Source: an uncultured Pelagibacteraceae bacterium
Lineage (GTDB): Bacteria; Pseudomonadota; Alphaproteobacteria; Pelagibacterales; Pelagibacteraceae
Direction: 5' to 3'
DNA length: 64,000 bases
NCBI GenBank assembly: GCA_902595105.1
Contig: CACJPA010000001.1
Coordinates: 13,719 to 77,718 of the forward strand
Shown here: piece after piece, positions 31,557-40,455 of the stretch
Layout: each line of letters begins with the position of its first letter
Position numbering within the stretch: position 1 is the stretch's first letter
Notes under the pieces: model-generated
Seen by the model: the letters and a program-made list of their open reading frames with translations, nothing else
Database searches by the model: none
What the model was told of the DNA's origin: nothing
Translations under genes and position numbers: made by a program

Positions 31557-32684
31557 TTAATAACTTTTTAGGTATTTTAATCTTCCAATTATTTCGTCTC
31601 TGTCCATATAATATCCTTGGAGATGTCTGTGACCAGAATTTGGATCAAACTCAGTTCTTCCATGAAGCAATCTTCTATTATTGAACGAAAAAATATCACC
31701 TGGCTCTAATCTAAAATTAATTTGAAATTTATCATCATGTAATAAATTTCCAAAACGGTGATGAGCTTTATAGACTGAGTCCATTATATCTGGATGACAA
31801 TCAAGAGCATCTAGTGTTGCAATACTATATCGAATATCATTGTAATCTCCGTCTTTAGTGAGCGATATTGCTGTACCATAGACACTTCTGACTGCTTCCT
31901 GAGTGTAGTCTTTATCTCTAAATTTAAGTGGAGTATTTACCAATATATCAAAAGTATCTTTTTCGTTATTTCTTAAATAATCTGCTACAGCAAATGCATC
32001 TACAGCTGAGGAGTCACCACCCTTCGCTGAATTTATTAAACAATGTAAAAATTGATAACCAGGTGGGTTTTCAAACCAAGGCAAATCCATATGATTTCTT
32101 AAAGCGTGCGCTGTATATGCGGAGTTATTTGGTTTTGGAATATTAATTACTTCAAAGGGGGTATTAAAAAATGTCTCTCGTGTATGACTAATACGATTTA
32201 AAACTTTTAATGCAGAATTTTTTTCTATCGGTGCATTTTTGACTATGGCTATACCAGTATAATGTAAAAGTTCTAACCACTTAACCAATCCTTCATCTGA
32301 ATTTATAATTTCATCGTGATCAATTTGAATTGATTTTAAATTTTTTTGTAATGAACTATCCCATAACTTGTATGGAGAAACATATTTTTGTTTATTTTTT
32401 ATGGTGTAACAATTTTCTCTAAGCCAATTAGGATCATAATAACTTGTATGATCTCCTTCGCTCCACTCTATTTCAAGTTTACCATCTTCTTTTACAGAAT
32501 AATTTTTTGGATTAATATCTTCTGAAACTTTCAAGATATTAAACATTCGATGTCTTGAGTCTTTATCATGAGCAGTCGGACAATTGTCTCTTAACCATAA
32601 ATAATTAAATTTGCTCTCTTCACCATCATTCCAAATAACTTTTAAATATGTTGAATTTTTTTCTACTTTAGAAATGGAGTTCAT
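31557..32684 (-). CDS. Gamma-butyrobetaine hydroxylase-like Fe(II)/2OG dioxygenase
   Basis: N-terminal WLRDNC / H.S.Y...WL domain, AYT, HMD, QFLHCL, GGDS, NNRRLLHGR, RHLQGYY.D. Confidence 0.85.
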   Translation of the reverse strand: MNSISKVEKNSTYLKVIWNDGEESKFNYLWLRDNCPTAHDKDSRHRMFNILKVSEDINPKNYSVKEDGKLEIEWSEGDHTSYYDPNWLRENCYTIKNKQKYVSPYKLWDSSLQKNLKSIQIDHDEIINSDEGLVKWLELLHYTGIAIVKNAPIEKNSALKVLNRISHTRETFFNTPFEVINIPKPNNSAYTAHALRNHMDLPWFENPPGYQFLHCLINSAKGGDSSAVDAFAVADYLRNNEKDTFDILVNTPLKFRDKDYTQEAVRSVYGTAISLTKDGDYNDIRYSIATLDALDCHPDIMDSVYKAHHRFGNLLHDDKFQINFRLEPGDIFSFNNRRLLHGRTEFDPNSGHRHLQGYYMDRDEIIGRLKYLKSY

Positions 32685-32815
32685 GCTTAATCATTATATA
32701 AAAGAGTATTCAAATCAACTCAATTTATAGTTGTATTCTAAATTCAAAGCTTGTGTTTTATCCTCATTCATTATTAAATCTCTGAATTAAAACTTAACCC
32801 TAAGGAGATAATTTA

Positions 32816-33832
32816 ATGAAGTTTTTAAAAAAATTAACTATCTCAATTTTCCTTTTATCATCTTTAATTGCTACAAGTGCAAATGCAGGTGACTGTAAAG
32901 CTAGATTGGGAGATTTTGACTGGAGTAGTGCAAACATTCACACTGCTATCACTACATTCATCCTTGAAAAAGGATATGGTTGTGAAGTGTCTGTGACTAA
33001 GGGAAGTACTACACCTATTATGGCCGCTCATTATGATGGTCAATTAGATGTTATTACTGAAGTTTGGTATGACAATATCATTGGTAATTATAAACCTCAC
33101 GAAGAAGCAGGTACAATTATTCATATGGGTACAAACACACCAGACTCTCAACAAGCATTCTATGTAGATAAAGCTACTGCTGATAAATACAATTTAAAAT
33201 CTGTTGATGATATGAAAGATCCAAAAATAGCTGCGCTATTTAAAGATCCAGAAGATCCTTCAAAAGGTAGAATGACTAGCTGTATATCTGGTTGGACTTG
33301 CTACACTGTAAATTTGGTTAAACAAAAAGAGTATGGTTTGGATAAATACTACACTAACTTTGATCCAGGTTCAGGAGGTGCATTAGATGCTGCAATAGCA
33401 GGTGCATTTGCGAAGAAAAAACCAATCTTTACTTACTACTGGGCACCAACTGGTTTAATGGGTAAAGTTGATCTAGTAAGATTGACTGAACCAAAATTTG
33501 ATCAAACATGCTGGGATAATATGTCAGCAGTTGTTGAAGATATCAAAGCTAACGGACCAGATGCTTATAAACCTTCATGCGCATGTGAATATAGAGACAT
33601 GGCTTTAACTAAGTCTGTACTTGCAACATGGGCAAAAGCTCATCCAAAAGAAAACGAGTTTATTGGAAAATATACAGTTCCAACAGCTACGGTTAACAAA
33701 ATGTTAGCATTCTATGAAGATGAGTCAGGTGGTGATATGGAAGCTACTGCAATAGAGTTCTTGAAAACAGAAACTATGTGGAAAGATTGGGTACCAGCTG
33801 ATGTTGCTAAAAAAGTTTCAGCAGCATTATAA
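32816..33832 (+). CDS. proX: Quaternary-amine ABC substrate-binding protein (ProX/OpuAC family)
   Basis: Signal peptide, DWSS, EVW, CISGWTC, YYWAPT; AAGGAG SD. Confidence 0.88.
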   Translation: MKFLKKLTISIFLLSSLIATSANAGDCKARLGDFDWSSANIHTAITTFILEKGYGCEVSVTKGSTTPIMAAHYDGQLDVITEVWYDNIIGNYKPHEEAGTIIHMGTNTPDSQQAFYVDKATADKYNLKSVDDMKDPKIAALFKDPEDPSKGRMTSCISGWTCYTVNLVKQKEYGLDKYYTNFDPGSGGALDAAIAGAFAKKKPIFTYYWAPTGLMGKVDLVRLTEPKFDQTCWDNMSAVVEDIKANGPDAYKPSCACEYRDMALTKSVLATWAKAHPKENEFIGKYTVPTATVNKMLAFYEDESGGDMEATAIEFLKTETMWKDWVPADVAKKVSAAL

Positions 33833-33850
33833 TCACTAAATAATATATCT

Positions 33851-33878
33851 AAGAGAGAGCCCTTCGGGGCTCTTTCTT
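33851..33878 (+). terminator. Hairpin after proX
   Basis: AAGAGAGAGCCC-TTCG-GGGCTCTTTCTT, C(UUCG)G tetraloop. Confidence 0.85.
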
Positions 33879-33894
33879 TAAGTAAAAAAAAAAT

Positions 33895-34926
33895 ATGGAA
33901 GCATTAAAGAAAAATAAAAAAATAATTTTTAATATTGGTTTGCTAGTTGTTTTTGTGTGGTTGCTAATAACCAGTTACTCTCAATCAAAAAGAAAACCTG
34001 ACAATATTGGAGAATTATTAAATGATTTTTCTTGGTTGGGAGGTAAATGGCCGAAATGGTTAGATTTACCTTTGATGAATTGGATCAATGCTGGTTTTAA
34101 AACACTTAATGAAAAATATGGATACATATTCGAAGCAATTAACAATGTTCTTCTGTATATGTTGATGCTTGTAAAAAACTTTTTAATTCAAGCTCCATGG
34201 CCATTGGTTATACTTGGTGTGGTGGTTCTAACTTACTTTGCAAGCGGAAGAAAGATTGGAACAACAGTATTTGTCGGATTTTGCACTTTTTTTATAGGTT
34301 TTCTTCACCCAATATTTTGGCAAAAAGCAATTGAGACAACAGCAATAATGTTAATTGGAATATTTCTTTGTGTTGTTGCAGGTATTCCATTGGGAATAGC
34401 TATGGCACGAAGCGCAAGAACAAGAAATGTGATATTGCCAGTTTTAGATTTAATGCAAACTATTCCTAGTTTCTGTTACTTAATTCCAGGTATTATGTTA
34501 TTTGGTTTAGGAGCAGTTCCAGCGATCATAGCTACATTTATTTATGCGGTTCCTCCTTTAGTAAGACTTACAGATTTGGGAATAAGACTAGTTGATACTG
34601 AGGTTATTGAAGCTGCAGATGCATTCGGTGCAAGTAAAAAACAGAAGCTATGGGGAGTACAAATGCCATTAGCACTTCCAAATATAATGCAAGGCATTAA
34701 CCAGTGTACAATGATGGCATTAGCTATGGTAGTTATTGCATCAATGATAGGTACAAGAGGTTTAGGGGATGAAGTTTTACTTGGACTTCAACAATTAAAT
34801 GTGGGAAGAGCTGCTGAAGCAGGAATCGCAATTGTACTTTTAGCAATAGTTCTTGATAGGATAACTCAGTCTTACGGAGAAACTCTACAAGAGAGAACGG
34901 CTCCAAATACAAAGAAAGGTAAATAA
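33895..34926 (+). CDS. proW: Quaternary-amine ABC permease
   Basis: LDLMQTIPSF.YLIP, RLTDLGIR, EAADAFG, GINQ..MMALAMVVIASMIG. Confidence 0.92.
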   Translation: MEALKKNKKIIFNIGLLVVFVWLLITSYSQSKRKPDNIGELLNDFSWLGGKWPKWLDLPLMNWINAGFKTLNEKYGYIFEAINNVLLYMLMLVKNFLIQAPWPLVILGVVVLTYFASGRKIGTTVFVGFCTFFIGFLHPIFWQKAIETTAIMLIGIFLCVVAGIPLGIAMARSARTRNVILPVLDLMQTIPSFCYLIPGIMLFGLGAVPAIIATFIYAVPPLVRLTDLGIRLVDTEVIEAADAFGASKKQKLWGVQMPLALPNIMQGINQCTMMALAMVVIASMIGTRGLGDEVLLGLQQLNVGRAAEAGIAIVLLAIVLDRITQSYGETLQERTAPNTKKGK

Positions 34927-35951
34927 TGTCTAAAATTGAGATTAATAATGTTTATAAAATCTTCGGGAACAATCCTCAATCTGTAATGCCTATGGTAAAA
35001 GATGGAGCCAACAAAGAGGAGGTTTTAGAACAAACTGGTCATACAGTTGGTCTTGATAATGTTTCATTAAAAATAGAAGAAGGTGAAACTTTTGTTTGTA
35101 TGGGTTTGTCAGGATCTGGAAAATCAACCCTAATTAGGCATTTAAATAGATTAATTGATCCAACAGACGGTGAGATCTTGGTTGAAGGTACAAATGTTAT
35201 GTCTTTCAATAAAGATCAACTGATTGAATTTAGAAGACACAAAATGAGTATGGTGTTTCAAAGATTTGGCTTATTCCCTCACAAAACAGTTATACAAAAC
35301 GTCGGTTATGGGTTGGAAATGCAAGGCAAAACTGAAGATGAGAGAAACAAAGTTGCGATGGAAAAAATTGATGCTGTCGGATTAAATGGATTTGAAAATC
35401 AATTTCCAAATCAATTATCAGGTGGAATGCAACAACGTGTCGGTTTAGCTAGAGCTCTTGCTACAGACAGTGATATTATGCTTATGGATGAAGCTTTCAG
35501 TGCATTGGATCCACTGATTAGAAGTGATATGCAAAAACAGTTACTTGATCTTCAATCAGAATTAAAAAAAACTATTGTATTTATTACTCACGACTTAGAT
35601 GAGTCTCTTAGACTTGGTGATCATATAGGAATACTAAATGCTGGAAAATTAGTTCAGGTTGGAACTCCCGTAGATATCATTATGAACCCAGCTGATGATT
35701 ATGTAAAAGCTTTTGTAAAAGATGTAAACAGAGCAAAAGTTATTAAAGCCAAAGTTGTTATGAAAGATATTAATAATGCTGATGATATAGATAAGTCCAG
35801 TTTAATAAAAGTAAATGAAGATCAGTTTATTGAGGAATTCCTGCCACAAATAGTTTGTTCAAATTCAAACTGTGAGGTAGTTGATAAAAGTGGAAATGTT
35901 AAAGGCTATATATCTAATAAAGAATTGCAGTCATCTTTAACAAAATCATAA
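34926..35951 (+). CDS. proV: Quaternary-amine ABC ATPase
   Basis: MGLSGSGKST, LSGGMQQRVGLARAL, DEAFSALDPLIR. Confidence 0.93.
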   Translation: MSKIEINNVYKIFGNNPQSVMPMVKDGANKEEVLEQTGHTVGLDNVSLKIEEGETFVCMGLSGSGKSTLIRHLNRLIDPTDGEILVEGTNVMSFNKDQLIEFRRHKMSMVFQRFGLFPHKTVIQNVGYGLEMQGKTEDERNKVAMEKIDAVGLNGFENQFPNQLSGGMQQRVGLARALATDSDIMLMDEAFSALDPLIRSDMQKQLLDLQSELKKTIVFITHDLDESLRLGDHIGILNAGKLVQVGTPVDIIMNPADDYVKAFVKDVNRAKVIKAKVVMKDINNADDIDKSSLIKVNEDQFIEEFLPQIVCSNSNCEVVDKSGNVKGYISNKELQSSLTKS

Positions 35952-35954
35952 TTA

Positions 35955-36743
35955 ATGGTTAACCAATCATTAAAGAATAAAAAAATAATCATTTCTGCAG
36001 GAGCATCTGGAATAGGTTTAGCTACAGCCAAATTATGTCTTGCACGCGGAGCATATGTTTATCTTTGTGATATTGACACTAAATCTTTAAATAAACTCAA
36101 TAAACATCCTTTAAAAAACAAAAGATTGTTTGCATATGCATGTGATGCCTCAGATGAAAATCAAGTTTCAGATTTATTTAAAAAAATAAATAAAAAAACA
36201 AAAAAAATCGATGCTTTAATAAATAATGTTGGAATTGCCGGACCAACTGGATCTCTTGAAAAATTAAAATCTGAAGATTGGGAAAATACCCTACATGTAG
36301 ATGTAAATAGCCACTTCTATTTCACAAAAAAATCTATTCCATTACTTAAAAAATCTAAAAATGGTTCAATAATCAATATTTCATCAACAGCTGGAATTCT
36401 TGGTTTTCCTCTTAGGTCTCCTTATGCTGCCAGTAAATGGGCAATAATTGGAGTTACAAAAACTTTGGCTATGGAGCTTGGCAAATTTAACATTAGAGTG
36501 AACGCAGTATGTCCCGGAACAATTAAGGGGGATAGAATGAAAAGAGTTATAAAAGATAAAGCAAAATTTACTAAAGTTTCAACAAAAGTAATTGAAAAAG
36601 ATTTTGTTTCAATGAGCTCAATGAAACAATGGATTTTGGAGGAGGATATTGGAAAAATGTGTTCTTTTCTAATTTCTGACGACTCAAGCAAAGTTTCTGG
36701 GCAGGTAATTTCTGTTGATGGTCACACAGAAAGAAATGATTAG
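35955..36743 (+). CDS. Short-chain dehydrogenase/reductase
   Basis: SAGASGIG, NNVGI, NISS, YAASK, RVNAVCPG. Confidence 0.9.
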   Translation: MVNQSLKNKKIIISAGASGIGLATAKLCLARGAYVYLCDIDTKSLNKLNKHPLKNKRLFAYACDASDENQVSDLFKKINKKTKKIDALINNVGIAGPTGSLEKLKSEDWENTLHVDVNSHFYFTKKSIPLLKKSKNGSIINISSTAGILGFPLRSPYAASKWAIIGVTKTLAMELGKFNIRVNAVCPGTIKGDRMKRVIKDKAKFTKVSTKVIEKDFVSMSSMKQWILEEDIGKMCSFLISDDSSKVSGQVISVDGHTERND

Positions 36744-36744
36744 T

Positions 36745-37686
36745 TTATCTTAATTTTTTTTCGTATTTTTTTCTAAGCTTTTGAAGCTCAACTAAATATT
36801 CATCTCTAATATTTGAGATTTTGGTAACTGATTTTCCTTTAGATTGTTTTTTCGTTCCTTTAACTAATCTATCAATTAACTTATTTGATAATTTTGGAGC
36901 CTTAAGTTTTGTCCATGGAAGTTTTAAAGCTGGTCCAAATTGTTCTAACATGTGTCTCATACCAGCTTTTCCTCCAGCTAAATGAAAAGTTAGAAAGGTT
37001 CCCATTAATGACCATCTTAAACCTGGTCCATCTTCGATTGCTCTATCTAAATCCTCTGTAGTTGCGTGACCTTCGTTAATAATGTGTAGCCCTTCTCTCC
37101 ACAAAGCTTCTTGCAATCTATCTGATAAATAACCTGGTAACTCATGTTTAACCATTATCGGATTCATAGAAATTGATTTATAAAATTTTTTAGCCAAATT
37201 TAAATTTTTTTTTGAAGTTCTCTTACCTGGAACAATTTCTACAGCAGGCAATAAATAAACAGGATTAAATGGATGACCAATTATTCCTCTCTCTGGATTT
37301 TTACATTTAGAATAAATTCTTGTTGGTAGCAATCCTGATGAACTTGATGAAATAATTGCACTAGGTTTGGAATATTTTCCAATAGTGCTCATCAACTTAG
37401 TTTTTAAAGTATAATTTTCAGTTGCGCATTCTTGAATAAAATCTGCATCCCTTAAAGCTTCATCAATAGAGGTAAAATATTTAAAATTTTTAAGATTAAT
37501 TGTTTTTTTTTTAAAAAGTTTTTTTACATATGGCCAAGTTCTTTTAATCTCAGTAATTAAATTTTTTTTTAATTTAATATCTTTATCATAAGCATGAACA
37601 ATTTTATTATGAGCTAAACATCTGATTATCCAGCCTGTGCCTATTACTCCAGTCCCGATAACTGCTATATTTTTAATTTGAGACAT
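36745..37686 (-). CDS. lcdH: L-carnitine dehydrogenase (3-hydroxyacyl-CoA dehydrogenase family)
   Basis: GTGVIGTGW, FIQE, SSSSGLLP, GHPFNPVYLLP.VE, DRLQEALWRE, GPGLRW, GMRHMLEQFGPALKLPWTKL. Confidence 0.85.
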   Translation of the reverse strand: MSQIKNIAVIGTGVIGTGWIIRCLAHNKIVHAYDKDIKLKKNLITEIKRTWPYVKKLFKKKTINLKNFKYFTSIDEALRDADFIQECATENYTLKTKLMSTIGKYSKPSAIISSSSSGLLPTRIYSKCKNPERGIIGHPFNPVYLLPAVEIVPGKRTSKKNLNLAKKFYKSISMNPIMVKHELPGYLSDRLQEALWREGLHIINEGHATTEDLDRAIEDGPGLRWSLMGTFLTFHLAGGKAGMRHMLEQFGPALKLPWTKLKAPKLSNKLIDRLVKGTKKQSKGKSVTKISNIRDEYLVELQKLRKKYEKKLR

Positions 37687-38573
37687 TACTTGTGTTTAAC
37701 AAGTTTTAACTTTTCTCTAGTTTCTACTGGTGTCATTGGGGCATAGCCAAGTTCATCAATAATTCTTACAGCTTTTTCTACCAATTGAGCGTTAGTAGCT
37801 AATTTACCTTTGGATAAATATAAATTATCCTCTAAGCCGACTCTTGGGTTACCTCCCATCAAAACAGTTTGAGCAACAAACGGCATTTCATTTTTTGAAA
37901 TTGCAAACCCTGACCAAATTCCTTCTTTTGGCATAATATCTTTCATGGCTTGCATAGCTAATGTCGTTGCAGGAGCACCCCATGGTATTCCTAAACACAT
38001 TTGAAACATTGGCGGATCACTTAATAATCCCTCTTTATATAATTGAGCACCAAACCACATATTTCCTAAATCAAATGCTTCTATTTCTGGCTTAACACCT
38101 ATTTCTTTTAATTTTTTTGCAGCTTTTCTCAAATCATTTGGGGTATTAACTGTAATAACTGAGCTATCACCAAAATTTAAAGTTCCAGCATCTAATGTAC
38201 AAATTTCAGGTAAAAACTGTTCAGCATTTGCAATTCTTTCCATAACATTTGCCATATCCGTCATAGGGCCAAAGTCTAAAGGATTATCTCCCTGCCCTAT
38301 ATCTAAATCTCCACCCATTCCAGTTGTTAAATTTAATATTACATCAGTGTCGCTTGAACGAATTCTATCAATTACTTCTTTATATAATTCTAATCTTCTA
38401 CTAGGTGTTCCATCTTCCTCTCTTACATGAATGTGTGCAATTGCAGCTCCAGCTTTAGCGGCCTCAATTGACGCTTTTGCAATTTGTTCTGGGGTTTTTG
38501 GTAAATCTGGATGCTTACTTGCTGTATCTCCCGACCCAGTAACAGCACACGATATGAATACCTTGTTGTTCAT
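37686..38573 (-). CDS. cdhC: Beta-keto acid cleavage enzyme (DUF849), 3-dehydrocarnitine cleavage type
   Basis: CAVTGSG, AHIHVR, NLTTGMGGD, PEICTLD.G.LNF, RVGLEDN; coupled to carnitine dehydrogenase. Confidence 0.8.
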   Translation of the reverse strand: MNNKVFISCAVTGSGDTASKHPDLPKTPEQIAKASIEAAKAGAAIAHIHVREEDGTPSRRLELYKEVIDRIRSSDTDVILNLTTGMGGDLDIGQGDNPLDFGPMTDMANVMERIANAEQFLPEICTLDAGTLNFGDSSVITVNTPNDLRKAAKKLKEIGVKPEIEAFDLGNMWFGAQLYKEGLLSDPPMFQMCLGIPWGAPATTLAMQAMKDIMPKEGIWSGFAISKNEMPFVAQTVLMGGNPRVGLEDNLYLSKGKLATNAQLVEKAVRIIDELGYAPMTPVETREKLKLVKHK

Positions 38574-38620
38574 TTTAAGTAAGATTTATACTATTATAAA
38601 AAGGTCGAGGGAATAAAAAA

Positions 38621-39088
38621 ATGTCTTTTCACATAACAAATCTAACAATCAAAAAAGATTGGACTGATTATAACAATCATATGAACATGGCTTACTATGT
38701 CCTAGTTTTTGATCAGACGTGGGAGATAATACTTGAAAAATTTAGGATGGGTGAAAAATCTGCAAAGGATACTCTAAGGAGTACCATGGTTGTTGAAACT
38801 CGTACTACATATGATGGTGAAGTTAAAGAGGGCGATGAAGTTGAAATTGTTTTAACGTTCTTTAATCATGATAAAAAGAGATTGCATTTCAAGATGGAAA
38901 TGATTGAAAAATCATCAAAAAAATTATCGGCAACTATTGAAATGTTAGCGCTTTATATTGATCTTAGTAAAAGAAAAGTTACTGAGTTTGAAGAAGAAAA
39001 AATTAAAATTATGGATGACTTTATTAATGAAAATAAAGATGAATTTAATTCTAACAATTTAGCAATTATTGGAAAACTCAAAAAATGA
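38621..39088 (+). CDS. cdhB: Hotdog-fold thioesterase, probable betainyl-CoA thioesterase
   Basis: WTDYNNHMNMAYY, DKKRLH; next to lcdH/cdhC. Confidence 0.72.
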   Translation: MSFHITNLTIKKDWTDYNNHMNMAYYVLVFDQTWEIILEKFRMGEKSAKDTLRSTMVVETRTTYDGEVKEGDEVEIVLTFFNHDKKRLHFKMEMIEKSSKKLSATIEMLALYIDLSKRKVTEFEEEKIKIMDDFINENKDEFNSNNLAIIGKLKK

Positions 39089-39915
39089 TTGATGTAAAAT
39101 TATTATCAGGAGCATTGGGTGCAGAAATAAATGGAATTGATTTAACCGATGTTTCAGATGAAAATTTTAAAAAAATAAACAACCTTTTGTTAGAACACAA
39201 AGTAATCTTCTTTAGAGATCAACCTTTAACAACAGAACAACATATAGCTTTAGCTGCTAAGTTTGGTCCATTAGAAACACATGCATATGTTAAAGGTAGA
39301 AGTGAGTTTCCTGAAATAGTAAGAATAATTAAAAAGGCTGATGAAAAAACACAATGGGGTGAAGGTTGGCATTCAGATGTTAGTTACAATAAAAAACCCA
39401 CAAAGGCTGTTGTTTTAAAATCAATTAAAATTCCACCAGTTGGAGGTGATACTGTTTTTTCAAATATGGAACTTGCATGGGAAACATTGGATGAAGAAAT
39501 AAAAAATAAGATCAAAAATAAAAAAGCGGTTCATTCCTCACTAGGAGGAGGATTTTTCCTTGATAAATATAAAGCAATGGAGAGCAATGGAAATATGGAT
39601 GAATATTCAAACACTCATCCAATTTTAAGAACTCATCCAGAAACAGGTAAAAAAATTCTTTTTGTAAATTGGACTTACACAAAAGAAATTGTTGGTATGG
39701 ACAAAGAAGAAAGTAATGAAATATTAAATTATTTGTTCGAACATCAGGCAAGATTAGATCTTACTTGCAGATTTAAATGGACAGAAAACGCAATTGCGAT
39801 CTGGGATAATAGAAGTGTTCAACACTATGCGATTGCTGATTTTTATCCAAATAAAGGACTTGGTTTTGAAAGAATAATGGACCGTATTGCTATTGAAGGG
39901 GATTATCCACAATAA
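39085..39915 (+). CDS. TauD/TfdA-family Fe(II)/2OG dioxygenase
   Basis: GAEI.GIDL, VIFFRDQ, WHSDVS, GGDT, HPETG, WDNRSVQH, RIMDR. Confidence 0.9.
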   Translation: MIDVKLLSGALGAEINGIDLTDVSDENFKKINNLLLEHKVIFFRDQPLTTEQHIALAAKFGPLETHAYVKGRSEFPEIVRIIKKADEKTQWGEGWHSDVSYNKKPTKAVVLKSIKIPPVGGDTVFSNMELAWETLDEEIKNKIKNKKAVHSSLGGGFFLDKYKAMESNGNMDEYSNTHPILRTHPETGKKILFVNWTYTKEIVGMDKEESNEILNYLFEHQARLDLTCRFKWTENAIAIWDNRSVQHYAIADFYPNKGLGFERIMDRIAIEGDYPQ

Positions 39916-39918
39916 TAA

Positions 39919-40455
39919 ATGAAGATAATTTATAAAATCATTTCAAATTTTATAAATAATAAATCTTTATATATAGGTGAAAAAGTAACAATGTCTGAGC
40001 ACATGATACAATCAGCTATGCTAGCTGAAAAAGCAAAGTGTGATGATGATTTAATTTGTGCTTGTTTACTTCATGACTATGGGCATTTTCTTTTAGAAGA
40101 TCCTGATGAACTGGTTAAAAATAAATTAGATGGAGAGCATGAAAACATTGGATATCAATATCTTAAAAAGTTTTTTGGACAAAAAATTGTTGAGCCAATC
40201 AAATACCATGTATTAGCCAAACGTTATTTGGCTAGAGACAAAAAATATTTTAATTTTTTATCAGATGCGTCAAAAATAAGCTTAAAGTTACAAGGAGGCG
40301 TTTTAAATAATAAAGAAAGTAAAAAGTTTGAAAATAAATCTTACTTTAAGCCATCAATTCTTCTTCGAAAATTTGATGAAGCTGCTAAAAGAACTGATAT
40401 TAAAATGAAATCTATTCATGACTATGAAAAGTTGTTAAGTTCCAAACTTATATGA
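39919..40455 (+). CDS. phnZ: HD-domain diiron oxygenase, PhnZ/TmpB-like (C-P bond cleavage)
   Basis: Y.GE.VT..EH, LLHDYGH, HE, HVLAKRYL, LS.AS..SL.LQGG, LR..D..AK. Confidence 0.82.
   Translation: MKIIYKIISNFINNKSLYIGEKVTMSEHMIQSAMLAEKAKCDDDLICACLLHDYGHFLLEDPDELVKNKLDGEHENIGYQYLKKFFGQKIVEPIKYHVLAKRYLARDKKYFNFLSDASKISLKLQGGVLNNKESKKFENKSYFKPSILLRKFDEAAKRTDIKMKSIHDYEKLLSSKLI

Noticed and set aside
31557-32684. Assigning the BBOX-like enzyme as TmpA, partner of the PhnZ/TmpB-like protein
   Set aside because: It is 7 kb from the HD gene, sits with carnitine genes, and has HMDLP/QFLHCL rather than the HTDNPYR and IRFNNR segments I recall for TmpA; not excluded, but less favoured
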